NCBI GenBank assembly: GCA_041690295.1
Contig: JAWLHR010000007.1
Span: forward strand, 60,019 to 124,018
Reading direction: 5' to 3'
DNA: 64,000 nucleotides
Source of the DNA: Bdellovibrionales bacterium
GTDB taxonomy: Bacteria > Bdellovibrionota > Bdellovibrionia > Bdellovibrionales > UBA1609
This document shows positions 9,563 to 19,236 of this stretch, one piece after another. Every line of letters begins with the position of its first letter. The first letter of the stretch is position 1. The notes under the pieces were generated by a model. The model was not told where the DNA came from and searched no databases. It saw only the letters and a list, made by a program, of their open reading frames with translations. Made by a program: the position numbers and the translations under genes.

Positions 9563-10128
9563 GCAAAAGAAAATCGATTCTCATCATTGGACCGACAGCG
9601 GTGGGTAAATCCACTTTGCTCACTCAAGCGCTCAAGGACTTTCCCGACGAGCTCAGGGAAATCATAACCTACACCACGCGCAGTCCCCGGGCCGGCGAAT
9701 CAGAAGGTGATCCGTACCATTTCGTGACGGAAGAAAAGTTCCGCGAACTTCTGGCTAAGAATTTCTTTATCGAGCACGCCGTGGTCCACGGGCTTCTCTA
9801 CGGCACCCCCCGGGATCAGGTGGACCTGACCCACCAGGCAAACAAAACCGTGATCATGGATATTGACGTGCAAGGGGCCAAGAAATTCCGCGAGGCTTAT
9901 CCCGAGGCGGTGACGGTGTTTATTTTGCCCCCATCTATTGATGTATTGCGTCAAAGATTTCGAGCACGGGGGGCCACCGATGAGGCCGACCTTGAGCGAA
10001 GAATTGAAAGTGCGCACCGGGAACTGGCCCAGGCTGAGGATTTTGACTACCGGATCGTGAACAATGACTTCCAATCGGCCTATGCCGAACTGCGAAAAAT
10101 CATTGAAGATCTGCTGAAAAATCAATAA
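9559..10128 (+). CDS. gmk: Guanylate kinase
   Basis: P-loop, TTRSPRAGE..G.PYHF, YGT, DIDVQGA, FILPPS; lies between yicC and rpoZ. Confidence 0.95.
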   Translation: MSKRKSILIIGPTAVGKSTLLTQALKDFPDELREIITYTTRSPRAGESEGDPYHFVTEEKFRELLAKNFFIEHAVVHGLLYGTPRDQVDLTHQANKTVIMDIDVQGAKKFREAYPEAVTVFILPPSIDVLRQRFRARGATDEADLERRIESAHRELAQAEDFDYRIVNNDFQSAYAELRKIIEDLLKNQ

Positions 10129-10180
10129 TGTAGTGCATTCATTTCCGGCCGGAGGGCCGGTTAAACCAGAGGAGTCCGTC

Positions 10181-10429
10181 GTGGCCCGTATTACTGTAGA
10201 AGATTGTTTGGACAAAGTTGCCAATCGTTTCGCTTTGGTGCTTTTGGTCGCCAAAAGAACGAAACAGTTGATGAAAGGTGACACGTGTACGGCTCCCGGG
10301 AAGAACAATAAGAACGTGGTGAATGCTCTTCGCGAAGTGGCCGCGGGAACGGTTTATTTCGATACAACGGACTCTCAAGGATTGAGCCCAGACCAACAGG
10401 TGCAACGGGATTTGGCCGGCCGTCAGTAA
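10181..10429 (+). CDS. rpoZ: RNA polymerase omega subunit
   Basis: GTG at 10181 after an AGGAG SD gives MARITVEDCL..NRFALVLLVAKR..ALRE. Confidence 0.95.
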   Translation: MARITVEDCLDKVANRFALVLLVAKRTKQLMKGDTCTAPGKNNKNVVNALREVAAGTVYFDTTDSQGLSPDQQVQRDLAGRQ

Positions 10430-10562
10430 AGGGGTTGTTTCCTCTCGAGTCCAGGGCTGAAAATTCCGTCAAGTGTAAGGTAAACTACACTGCACTGATG
10501 GATAAGCAGCACGAGCTGGCCGAACCATCGGCCACCCCGGCAGGAAGGACTTGTTAGTATCA

Positions 10563-12785
10563 ATGAGTGAGGCCGTCGCTGATCTCAAACTAGCTGAAAC
10601 CAGTCCACAAACGATAGACGATTTAATCGAAAAAATCCGTAGTCACAATTCCAACGCCGATCTGGACCTGATCCGGCGGGCTTATGAATTTTCTGAAAAA
10701 GCGCACTCCGGTCAGATCCGCCGAAGCGGTGATCCCTACATTCTGCATCCATTGGGAGTGGCCGCCATTCTCGCCGATTTGCACTTGGATGTCGCCACCA
10801 TCGCCACCGGTCTCTTGCATGACACCGTCGAGGACACCGAAGTCACCCTTGAGGATATTAAAAAGAATTTCGGTGAGACGATTCAGCGTCTGGTCGATGG
10901 CGTGACCAAAATTTCGTTGATGAAGTTTCGTAACACCCACGAGAAACAGGGTGAAAACATCCGCAAGATGATCGTGGCCATGGGTAAGGACGTGCGCGTG
11001 GTGCTGGTGAAGCTCGCCGATCGCCTGCACAATATGCGCACCCTCAATCACATGCCGCCCGAAAAGCAGGCCCAGATCGCCACTGAAACCCTGGACATCT
11101 ATGCGCCGCTCGCCAGCCGCCTCGGGATCAATTCCATCAAAGTGGAACTTGAGGATCTCTCGTTCCGTTACGCCTTTCCCGAAGCTTATTACTCTCTCGC
11201 GCAAAAGGTCGCGCGTAAAAAGCGTGAGCGTGAAAAATACATCGAGGACGTTAAGAAGATTTTGACCCAGGAACTGGAGAAACGCACCAAGATCAAATTC
11301 GAGGTGACGGGCCGGCCCAAACATCTTTGGTCGATCTATAAAAAAATGCACATGCGCAATATCGACTACGAACAGGTGTTCGACGTGCTCGCGTTCCGCG
11401 TGAACGTGAACACGCTGGCCGAGTGCTATGAGGTTTTGGGGCTTGTGCATTCGCTGTGGAAGCCGATTCCGGGCCGCTTCAAGGATTTCATCGCCATGCC
11501 CAAGGCGAACAATTACCAGTCCCTTCACACCACCGTGATCGGCCCTCAAGCGGAACGGATCGAAATCCAGATCCGTACGTTTGAGATGCATCTCGTGGCG
11601 GAGAAAGGGATCGCGGCCCATTGGCAGTACAAGGAAAACGAACACGGATCGATCGACGTGGAAACGCTCAAGCGTTTCAACGGCCTTCGCGAATTGATTA
11701 AAGAACACCAGCAGACCACCAATCCGGATGAGTTCCTGGAGAACTTCAAAACCGATATGTTCGACAGCGAGATCTACGTGTTCACGCCGAAAGGGGATGT
11801 TAAAGAGTTCCCCGAGGGGGCGACACCGATCGATTTCGCGTATTCCATTCACACGGATGTGGGAAATCACATCGTGGCCGCGCGGGTGAACGGCAAACTT
11901 GTTTCTTTGAAACACCGTCTGGAAAACGGCGACACCGTCGAGGTGATCACGTCAAAAACCCAATCGCCGTCCAAAGACTGGCTTAAGAGTTGTGTCACCA
12001 CCAAAGCGAAATCCAAGATCCGCCAGTATGTGAAGACGGAAACTCGCAAGCGGGCTTTGGAGTTGGGCAAGGAGATGATGGAAAAAGCGCTGCGCAAAGC
12101 CGGCAGCTCCTTGCAAAAAGCCTTTGATAAACCTGAGTTCGCGAAGTTCGCCAAAGATCATGGTTGCGCCACTCAGGAAGATGTTTTGATCAAAGTGGGT
12201 TTTGGAACCATCACGCCCCAAATCGTGATGGATGGTCTCGGCATCAAGATGCCCAGTGATAAAGACCTGCCGAAAGAGGAGCCGAGCTTCCTGAAGCGGG
12301 CGTTCCAGGCCGCGGTGGGACGAAAGAAGCAAACCGCCTCTTTGATTCGGGTGAACGGAATGAACGATGTCTTGGTCCGCTTCGCCCGTTGTTGCAATCC
12401 CATTCCCGGGGACTCGATCTTGGGTTTCATCACTCTCGGGCGCGGGATTGTGATTCACCGGGCGGATTGCCCCAAAGCGTTCGAACTCGATCAGGATCGC
12501 CGCATTGATGTGGAGTGGAGCGGAACCAAGGCGGTCAGCGCCGGTCGGACGGTCACCATTCGCGTGGTGAGCCATGATACGGCGGGACTCTTAAAGCTCA
12601 TGAGCGAAGTCTTCGCTGAACATGGAATCAACATCCTCAATGCTCAGGCCCGCACCACGAAGGACCTTAAAGCCATCTGCACGTTCGATGTGAACGTGCG
12701 TGACACGCGCCATTTATCCGAGGTCATGCGGGATTTAGCGAAATTAAAAGGCGTGATCGGAGTGACCCGCATCACGCATGCTTAG
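10563..12785 (+). CDS. spoT: Bifunctional (p)ppGpp synthetase/hydrolase (long RSH)
   Basis: HD hydrolase (HSGQIRRSGDPY, LHDTVED), synthetase (GRPKH, YQSLHT, EIQIRT), TGS, ZFD (CCNP..HRADC) and ACT domains. Confidence 0.95.
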   Translation: MSEAVADLKLAETSPQTIDDLIEKIRSHNSNADLDLIRRAYEFSEKAHSGQIRRSGDPYILHPLGVAAILADLHLDVATIATGLLHDTVEDTEVTLEDIKKNFGETIQRLVDGVTKISLMKFRNTHEKQGENIRKMIVAMGKDVRVVLVKLADRLHNMRTLNHMPPEKQAQIATETLDIYAPLASRLGINSIKVELEDLSFRYAFPEAYYSLAQKVARKKREREKYIEDVKKILTQELEKRTKIKFEVTGRPKHLWSIYKKMHMRNIDYEQVFDVLAFRVNVNTLAECYEVLGLVHSLWKPIPGRFKDFIAMPKANNYQSLHTTVIGPQAERIEIQIRTFEMHLVAEKGIAAHWQYKENEHGSIDVETLKRFNGLRELIKEHQQTTNPDEFLENFKTDMFDSEIYVFTPKGDVKEFPEGATPIDFAYSIHTDVGNHIVAARVNGKLVSLKHRLENGDTVEVITSKTQSPSKDWLKSCVTTKAKSKIRQYVKTETRKRALELGKEMMEKALRKAGSSLQKAFDKPEFAKFAKDHGCATQEDVLIKVGFGTITPQIVMDGLGIKMPSDKDLPKEEPSFLKRAFQAAVGRKKQTASLIRVNGMNDVLVRFARCCNPIPGDSILGFITLGRGIVIHRADCPKAFELDQDRRIDVEWSGTKAVSAGRTVTIRVVSHDTAGLLKLMSEVFAEHGINILNAQARTTKDLKAICTFDVNVRDTRHLSEVMRDLAKLKGVIGVTRITHA

Positions 12786-12855
12786 ACCGGAGTCGGTTTT
12801 CGCCGTCTCGGTCGCATGGCTGGTCCCGGGACTTGTTGTGATGAGGAGAGACCTA

Positions 12856-13725
12856 CTACATCGGCATGGCGATGCCGACGCGGATCGCGATCCAATTGGC
12901 TTCCACTTCATCGGATTTTGGCAAAAGGCCGTACTCCACGCTGATGGGAACGTACATGCGGGGTGAAAGCTGCCAATCCAATCCACCGAGCGCCAACATG
13001 ACGTTGGTCGTGCTGATGGAGGCCGAATCCAAAGCCGTCGTCTCTTTGGAGGCGGGGAAAAGTAAGCCCAATCCGCCGCCGACCCATGGCCGAAAACCGC
13101 CACGGCCGAAAACATATCGCGCGATAAAATCAGCGGTGACATAGGTGAGTTTGGCGTCGCACGCATCGGTGTTGGCGGCGCCGCAAATCTTGCCTCCGGC
13201 CGCGTTGAACATATCCACGCCCGCGGTTCCACGGAACCAGATCTGCGGGAAAAGTTCGTAATCGAACAACCCTTTCACGCTGAAGCCGGATCCGGACATG
13301 TTGGCCGTTCCCACGGAAGCTTGTAAGGCGTTTTTCACGTTAACCGACATCGTGTCCATGGAGTAGCCGAGAAGGGCGCCCCAGTAGGAACGCTGTAGGC
13401 CGCCCCCTGAGCTTGACGTGGACGGTGATGAGGCTCGGGCGGACGCGGAAGAACCCTTGGCCGGTCTGAATTCCAAGGTGTATCCCACTTGAGCTTTACC
13501 CTTGGTGATCTTCCCGATCGCTTTATCGCCTTTAACTTTTGAAATAGTCATTATAGCGCGGCGCTTGCCATCCGGCGAGATCAGGTAGAAGACGTCACCC
13601 ACGACGGCCGGATCGCCTTTCAGTTCGACGAGGGCGCTTCGACCTTTAACCTTAACGACTTCAGCGGCTTGCGAAATTAACGGAAAGAAGATCAGAAGTG
13701 ACGCAACAAGCAGGTTGCTCATCAA
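12856..13725 (-). CDS. Outer-membrane beta-barrel protein with a small N-terminal beta domain and Ser-rich linker
   Basis: Signal peptide, beta-rich N-domain, SSPSTSSSGGG linker, OmpW/OmpA-like strands (RPWVGGGLG). Confidence 0.6.
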   Translation of the reverse strand: MMSNLLVASLLIFFPLISQAAEVVKVKGRSALVELKGDPAVVGDVFYLISPDGKRRAIMTISKVKGDKAIGKITKGKAQVGYTLEFRPAKGSSASARASSPSTSSSGGGLQRSYWGALLGYSMDTMSVNVKNALQASVGTANMSGSGFSVKGLFDYELFPQIWFRGTAGVDMFNAAGGKICGAANTDACDAKLTYVTADFIARYVFGRGGFRPWVGGGLGLLFPASKETTALDSASISTTNVMLALGGLDWQLSPRMYVPISVEYGLLPKSDEVEANWIAIRVGIAMPM

Positions 13726-13771
13726 GATGTACTCCCGCGATAAGCTTAATTAATTGTAGGGGAACAAATAC

Positions 13772-14152
13772 TTAGTTTGCAAACTCGCCTAGCCTAAGGT
13801 GTTGCCAGGTGAACTCGATCGCCAAGGGTAAACGATCGTCGAGTTCCGTCGGATCATTGAATTGAAACTCGCAAGCCTGCGGTTCGTGCGCGCGAGGGAT
13901 CACGCGAATGGTGAGGGGTTGATCAGGGCGCTGAAACACATCGGCGCGCTCGTTTGTGAAGCGTAATTCTCCGCCCGGTCCGGCGCCGAGAGTGTCGCAA
14001 CTCTTAAGATTGGCCTGGACGCCAGCGTATTCAAACGCCTGAGATTCAAGAAATTTTCGCCCTTCGGATTGATAAAGGGAGCAGGCGCCCTGAGCGGCCG
14101 CCACGAGTAGGGCGGCCAAGGCGATCCATTTTTTCTTAGAAAGGAATCTCAT
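13772..14152 (-). CDS. Putative lipoprotein, function unknown
   Basis: ATG at 14152 gives [24 protein letters not shown], a lipobox-like signal; it overlaps the ssb 3' end. Confidence 0.5.
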   Translation of the reverse strand: MRFLSKKKWIALAALLVAAAQGACSLYQSEGRKFLESQAFEYAGVQANLKSCDTLGAGPGGELRFTNERADVFQRPDQPLTIRVIPRAHEPQACEFQFNDPTELDDRLPLAIEFTWQHLRLGEFAN

Positions 14153-14558
14153 CAGAGCTGTCAAACGCCGGTTCAGGACCGAAATTCTGTGGTCCGAAAT
14201 CATTATCCGCCGACCGATCAGCGCCCTGGTTGGAACCGAGGAACTGAATGGTGTTGGCGACGATTTCCGTCGTGTAACGTTTTTGTCCTTGTTGATCTTC
14301 CCAGGAGCGGGTTTGCAATCGACCTTCAATGTAAACTTGCCGGCCTTTGCTTAAATATTTGCCGCACAGTTCGGCGAGTTTGCCCCACACCACGACTCGA
14401 TGCCATTCGGTGCGCTCTTGCTTCTGACCTTCACGGTCGGTCCAATTTTCACTGGTGGCGACGGAGAGGCGGGCCACGTTTTGGCCTCCGGTCACGGTTT
14501 TCACTTCCGGATCCGCACCCAAACGGCCAATAATAATCACCTTGTTAACGCCGGACAT
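14136..14558 (-). CDS. ssb: Single-stranded DNA-binding protein
   Basis: [32 protein letters not shown], acidic tail DEIPF. Confidence 0.98.
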   Translation of the reverse strand: MSGVNKVIIIGRLGADPEVKTVTGGQNVARLSVATSENWTDREGQKQERTEWHRVVVWGKLAELCGKYLSKGRQVYIEGRLQTRSWEDQQGQKRYTTEIVANTIQFLGSNQGADRSADNDFGPQNFGPEPAFDSSDEIPF

Positions 14559-14626
14559 ATCAAACCCCCTGCCTTTCTGTACCGATAGAACCCCGAGGCA
14601 GGAAACGAAGTCAAGCCACCGTTATC

Positions 14627-15670
14627 TCAAAATGTGGAAATGCGCGTTACGCTGGGAAAAGCGCCGATTTGTCCGGCCATTTTAAACAGATATTTACCGC
14701 CGCCGTCCGAGGTCGGCGTTTTTGCTGATTCCAACGGCAAAAAGAGAAAACTTAATTCCCTTTGAACGGTCGCATTGGTGGTGAGGTCCACGGTCAAATT
14801 GTATTGGCCGAACTGAGGCGCCAATCCTTGTCCGGTGGGGATGAGACGAAGTCCGATTTGTCCTTTGATCCGTCCGTAGAGCGGATCCTGGCTCTGTCCG
14901 AAAATTCCTTCTTCGATGAACAAATTTCCGCCGACCAGACGCCCGCGGAAGGTGACATTGGCCAAAGTTAACGAGGGTAAGCTGATCGGCAGCATCGCGC
15001 CTTCGAAGGGAATTTGCACGGTGCCGGCGGGAATGGAGAATTTCGCCACTTTAAGTTCAAATTCACCTTCCGGCTGGTCCTGAAAATCCGGCGTAAAGAG
15101 CATGTCGGTGTGAAAGTCGGCGCGTCCCTGCAAACTCAAGGGAAGTCCGGCCCATTGTTGCACTTCCTTAAGATTCACTTCTTCCAGGGCGAGGGCGACG
15201 CGCGAGCGCTCCTGCCCTTGCTCGTTTTTCTTTCCCGAACCGATCCGCAGTTCAAAATCGCCGCCGAGCAAACCTTCGGCGGAAACCGAAACTCCCAAAC
15301 GCGAGCCCAGGGATCGGGCGGCCACCTGATCGCCGCTGCTGGCTTTCATGATCGTGGGCAGATTGAAAATCAGGCTGAAAAGGCTGGGCGTGACCTTGGC
15401 CCACTGCGCTTCCAACGTCGGCAGCACGGTTTCGATTTTCACGTTGTCGGCGGAAATCGCCGGTTGGGGAAAAACGTGAAGGTGAAGTTCGTCGGCCTGC
15501 ACGTAAACCTGATTGTTCGTGCTTCGGGCCACCATGCTGGTCACGGCGTCCGACAAATCATTGAACGGGAAGAGCCATAAGGTAAAGAGAGCCGCCGAAC
15601 CGAAAATGACGCCGAAAAAAAGCTTTCGGTCCCAGATCCAGGCGATCGCTGTTCCGATATACTTCATCAT
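14627..15670 (-). CDS. gspN: Type II secretion protein N
   Basis: N-terminal TM followed by FP motif and a beta-rich periplasmic domain; last gene of the gsp cluster. Confidence 0.75.
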   Translation of the reverse strand: MMKYIGTAIAWIWDRKLFFGVIFGSAALFTLWLFPFNDLSDAVTSMVARSTNNQVYVQADELHLHVFPQPAISADNVKIETVLPTLEAQWAKVTPSLFSLIFNLPTIMKASSGDQVAARSLGSRLGVSVSAEGLLGGDFELRIGSGKKNEQGQERSRVALALEEVNLKEVQQWAGLPLSLQGRADFHTDMLFTPDFQDQPEGEFELKVAKFSIPAGTVQIPFEGAMLPISLPSLTLANVTFRGRLVGGNLFIEEGIFGQSQDPLYGRIKGQIGLRLIPTGQGLAPQFGQYNLTVDLTTNATVQRELSFLFLPLESAKTPTSDGGGKYLFKMAGQIGAFPSVTRISTF

Positions 15671-16341
15671 TTCTTACCCGCGCCTCGTCCCGATGGAGTG
15701 GCATCGGAATCCTCGCCCACATCCGGTGTGGCCATTCCGAAACTCATGACGGCCGCGATCATGTCGTAATAATGGGTTTGGCCTTCGCTTTGGACCACTT
15801 CAATTCCAATCAATTTCACGCCGGGAGCCATGTTCTGCAGCATATTGCCGATCTCAAGAATTTGGTCCACGTTCAGTTTTTTAAGTTGCACGGTCATCGC
15901 CGTATGACTCACGCCGGGCGGGGCGAATTCCTTATACACTTCACCCGGCATGGAGGCGATCGGTCCGACTTGGTCGGGGAGAAGACCCGCCTCGCGCACC
16001 ACCCGTTGAATGGACCCCTGAAGCGATTCGGGAGTTTGCGGCGGCGGCAAAGCCGGCGGCTCCTTCGCCGAGCGGGCGGCGCGGAGCAGACCTTGAATCA
16101 ACTGACGGTTTTCATCGAATTGGCTGAGATACTCGCTTCCCGAAGAGATGTAGCTCATGGGAATGGACAGGATCATAAGAATGGTCAAAGTGATTCCGGC
16201 GATGACGATCAAACGTTGGACCGAAGGCGTTTGGCTTTCGTATCTTTCCCGCAAAGTATTGAAGGTCGATGACTCCTGAATCTTGGCCATCGCCTCATTG
16301 GCCCGGTCTTTCAGCTGTTCGCGCAGATCTTCAAACGCCAA
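15667..16341 (-). CDS. gspM: Type II secretion protein M-like
   Basis: Single TM, short coiled coil and ferredoxin-like C-domain; lies between gspL and gspN. Confidence 0.65.
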   Translation of the reverse strand: MAFEDLREQLKDRANEAMAKIQESSTFNTLRERYESQTPSVQRLIVIAGITLTILMILSIPMSYISSGSEYLSQFDENRQLIQGLLRAARSAKEPPALPPPQTPESLQGSIQRVVREAGLLPDQVGPIASMPGEVYKEFAPPGVSHTAMTVQLKKLNVDQILEIGNMLQNMAPGVKLIGIEVVQSEGQTHYYDMIAAVMSFGMATPDVGEDSDATPSGRGAGKK

Positions 16342-16344
16342 CGC

Positions 16345-17994
16345 TTATCCTCCCGCCATTCGCTGAACGCGGAATTTATACGCGAACGGCACCCGCCCCG
16401 GCGGGACTTTCTTTAACCGCGATTGCGTGGGTTCGATTTTCCCGTTCACCGCCGCTTTTTGCAGGGCTCGCGCCACGGTTTCTTTGTCAAAATCGGACAT
16501 GGTGTAACCGTGCACTTCGGCCTCATGGCCCCGCACGCTGAATTGTTTGATTTCAAACTTGGGAGTACCTTTGGGCGGAAGCGCGGCGGTGACCGCTTCC
16601 AAAACATCCAAAGCTGAATTCAGGCGCAGCACTTTCTCCGCCTGTTTGCGGTTCTTTTCAATTTGTTCCTGTCCGGAGATGAAGCGACGGATGCGCGAAG
16701 CATTGGCTTGTCGCGAGGGCAGTCCCGCCACGGCTTGCGCCTGGGTTTTCAAGGCGCGCTCGGATTCATCGAGCAGGGTCAGGCTGAGCGATTCGCGAAT
16801 GACCGCGTAGATGAAGAAAATCACAAAGCCCGCGGTGGCGACCTTAATGGTATAGCCCCAGCGGTCCCACACGGCTTCGAAGAAATGGGACTTCTTGGCC
16901 AAATCGCCTTTGAGGAAATTGCTCGCCGGATTGCGCGGACGTTTAATCCCTTCGATGGCCAGACCCACGGCGGTCGCGGTGACCATGTCCAACCGCGGGC
17001 TCACATCGAAAGTCACCGCCGGATGATTTTCAAATTGTTTGTAGCGGTTGAACGGGATTTGAAACATTTGGGTGAGATAGCCGTTCAAATTCTTAAGCTG
17101 GCCACCGCCACCCAAAATATGGCCTTTGGTCCATTGGACTTGAAGATCACTTTGCAACTCAAGCAGGATCAAGCGCATATCCGCCACGAGTTGCTGCAAA
17201 CTGGATTCGATCACCTGTGAGAAGACTTGCTGTTCCCGGGTTCCCTGAGTCTTGTCCAGGAGCACGAAGCCTTTGGCCTCAAGCTCCTTCACGGCTTGCA
17301 TGAAGTTCAAGCCGTATTTGTGGCTTATGGCATCGGCCATGTTTTTTCCGCCCCAATCGAGGCTGCGCGCGGCCAGCATGGCGCCGTTGCTCATCACAAT
17401 CAACTCCGAGGAGAGATGGCCGATGTTGAGCACCAACTCCGCGGTTTTGGCTTCGGGGATGTCCTGCAGTTCCGGGAGACCTTCCGGCGGCGGTTCGAAC
17501 CAGCGTTCAAAGAGGTTGTTGATCGCCACACCCGTGCAGGAAATGATCGTCGGGTCAACGCCGCAATCCAAGGCGAGCTGATGGACATCGTTGACCTTTT
17601 CCTTGGGCACGGCCATCGCCAGAATGTCGGCGCCTTTGCCTTGGAAACGAACGATCTTGGCTTCGAATATCGAATCCTCGGGCGAAAACGGCAACTCGTC
17701 CTCAAGCTGGGAAATGATGGCCTTTTGCACTTTGAATCGTTCGCGAAAGGGCAGGTGAATCAGCCGCGCCGAAACGTTCTGCTGGGAAATTCCAAAGACA
17801 AATGAGGTTCGTTCGAGATCGTATTGGGTCAAAAGCGTGCGAAGGGCATCAATGACCTGAATCTTGCGATCCTTGTTGGGATCCAGCGAAAGGGGAATCT
17901 CTTGCACGCGGCGAATGGCATAGGCCTTCGAGGTCGCTTCGACCTCCGCGATCTTGATACTATAATGTCCTATGTCGACGCCGACGCTGATCAT
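16345..17994 (-). CDS. gspL: Type II secretion protein L (PilM-like actin fold, TM, PilN-like domain)
   Basis: VGVDIGHYSIK, LNIGH, LGGGGQLKNL, AVGLA actin-like motifs, then a TM and periplasmic domain. Confidence 0.8.
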   Translation of the reverse strand: MISVGVDIGHYSIKIAEVEATSKAYAIRRVQEIPLSLDPNKDRKIQVIDALRTLLTQYDLERTSFVFGISQQNVSARLIHLPFRERFKVQKAIISQLEDELPFSPEDSIFEAKIVRFQGKGADILAMAVPKEKVNDVHQLALDCGVDPTIISCTGVAINNLFERWFEPPPEGLPELQDIPEAKTAELVLNIGHLSSELIVMSNGAMLAARSLDWGGKNMADAISHKYGLNFMQAVKELEAKGFVLLDKTQGTREQQVFSQVIESSLQQLVADMRLILLELQSDLQVQWTKGHILGGGGQLKNLNGYLTQMFQIPFNRYKQFENHPAVTFDVSPRLDMVTATAVGLAIEGIKRPRNPASNFLKGDLAKKSHFFEAVWDRWGYTIKVATAGFVIFFIYAVIRESLSLTLLDESERALKTQAQAVAGLPSRQANASRIRRFISGQEQIEKNRKQAEKVLRLNSALDVLEAVTAALPPKGTPKFEIKQFSVRGHEAEVHGYTMSDFDKETVARALQKAAVNGKIEPTQSRLKKVPPGRVPFAYKFRVQRMAGG

Positions 17995-18011
17995 GGATTA
18001 TCAAAAGGCTA

Positions 18012-19232
18012 TCAGTTTTCTTCCCAAGACACCACTGTTGGTCGTCCTTTAACCGCTTTAATCTTCTTGGCCTTGTCGTCTTTTTTGTTTTTGTCGTCGC
18101 TGCTTCCACCGGTACCGCCCGGATTCGGCGGTGGAATCAGACCTTCGTCTTGTTCTTGTTTGGTGAGCATTTCGCCGTAGCGTGCGGCCAGATTCGGATA
18201 ATCATAGGTCACCGCGGTGATTTCGCGTTTCACATTGCCCGAAATACCGGTCGAGATAATGCGGAAATTGAATTCGACGTCATAGAGCAGTGGCACCTTC
18301 GATTCCTGAATGGCTTTCACGTCCACGCCGTAAGAGTTGAGAAAATTGAAGAAGTCCTGATCATTTTGAAAGGGCCCGCCCTTTTTAGGATCGCTTCGCC
18401 GTTCAATGGCCTTATCGACGGCTTCTTCCGTCATTGTGGGGTCAAGGGCCAACAAGGTTTCGCGATTGGCGAAATTCACATTGACGCCTTTGGTGCCGAC
18501 CACGGTGACTTTGGGCGCGAGGACGTTATAGAAGTCGTCCGTCATCCCGGCCACCATATGCAATTCATCCAATGTTCGCAAGGCCCGGTTCGGGGGCATC
18601 TCCAGGCCCGGTTCATTAAAATCGCGGTAGGGAGTGGATTCGTCGCCGCCGTTCAAACTTTGTTTATCTTCATCGATGTAATCGGCGATGTTATTGACCA
18701 ATTGTTCAAAGTTATAGCCGCGGTATTTTCTCGCGAAGTCTTCATTGTGTTCGAGTTCGGATTTAAAAATTTTAACGACCTGCTGAATCATCGCGGTTTT
18801 TAAAGTTTTAATATTCGATCCAAGATCGTTGATGTCGATTCGTCCTCCTTCGGGCTGGATCGTGGCTGAATATTGCGCCGTCATGAAGGAATCTTTGGTG
18901 ACACTCGAGATATTGCCTTTGTCCATCTCGGTCATGTTTTCCATCAATGTGGGCGGCCACATGAAGGGGAACGACCAAATCGGATCCAACATGGATTTGT
19001 TGGCGCCCAAGGCGTCACCGAACGCCACCACGGCCTGCTTGTAGAGCATGATCCGCAAAAGACTGAGTTCGACGCCGGATTTCGCCGCGTAATAAGCGCG
19101 AATACGATTCACTTGTTGCGAGGCCACGATGTAATCCACGCTCGTGTCGTAGGACACTTCCATGGTGACAAACGTCATCAGCGTCATCGCGAATAAGGCG
19201 ATGAGAATCGCGATCCCGCGCTGATTTCGCAT
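18012..19232 (-). CDS. gspK: Minor pseudopilin K
   Basis: RG|IAILIAL prepilin site without E5; RIDIN, IADYID, LDEL..V.G, VNVNFA motifs. Confidence 0.9.
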   Translation of the reverse strand: MRNQRGIAILIALFAMTLMTFVTMEVSYDTSVDYIVASQQVNRIRAYYAAKSGVELSLLRIMLYKQAVVAFGDALGANKSMLDPIWSFPFMWPPTLMENMTEMDKGNISSVTKDSFMTAQYSATIQPEGGRIDINDLGSNIKTLKTAMIQQVVKIFKSELEHNEDFARKYRGYNFEQLVNNIADYIDEDKQSLNGGDESTPYRDFNEPGLEMPPNRALRTLDELHMVAGMTDDFYNVLAPKVTVVGTKGVNVNFANRETLLALDPTMTEEAVDKAIERRSDPKKGGPFQNDQDFFNFLNSYGVDVKAIQESKVPLLYDVEFNFRIISTGISGNVKREITAVTYDYPNLAARYGEMLTKQEQDEGLIPPPNPGGTGGSSDDKNKKDDKAKKIKAVKGRPTVVSWEEN

Positions 19233-19236
19233 GGGT

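Noticed and set aside
9586..9612. Gmk P-loop GPTAVGKS resembling that of MiaA
   Set aside because: This is within ordinary P-loop variation; the rest of the protein is a typical guanylate kinase.
10495..10550. SRP RNA (ffs) or 6S RNA call for the rpoZ-spoT gap
   Set aside because: AAGCAGCAC is present but the CAGG..GGAA..AGCAG helix-8 architecture is not, and the gap is short for 6S. It is kept only as an unassigned structured region.
10623..11915. 430-aa minus-strand ORF
   Set aside because: It is the antisense shadow of spoT, with no recognisable motifs; such shadows are expected from codon bias.
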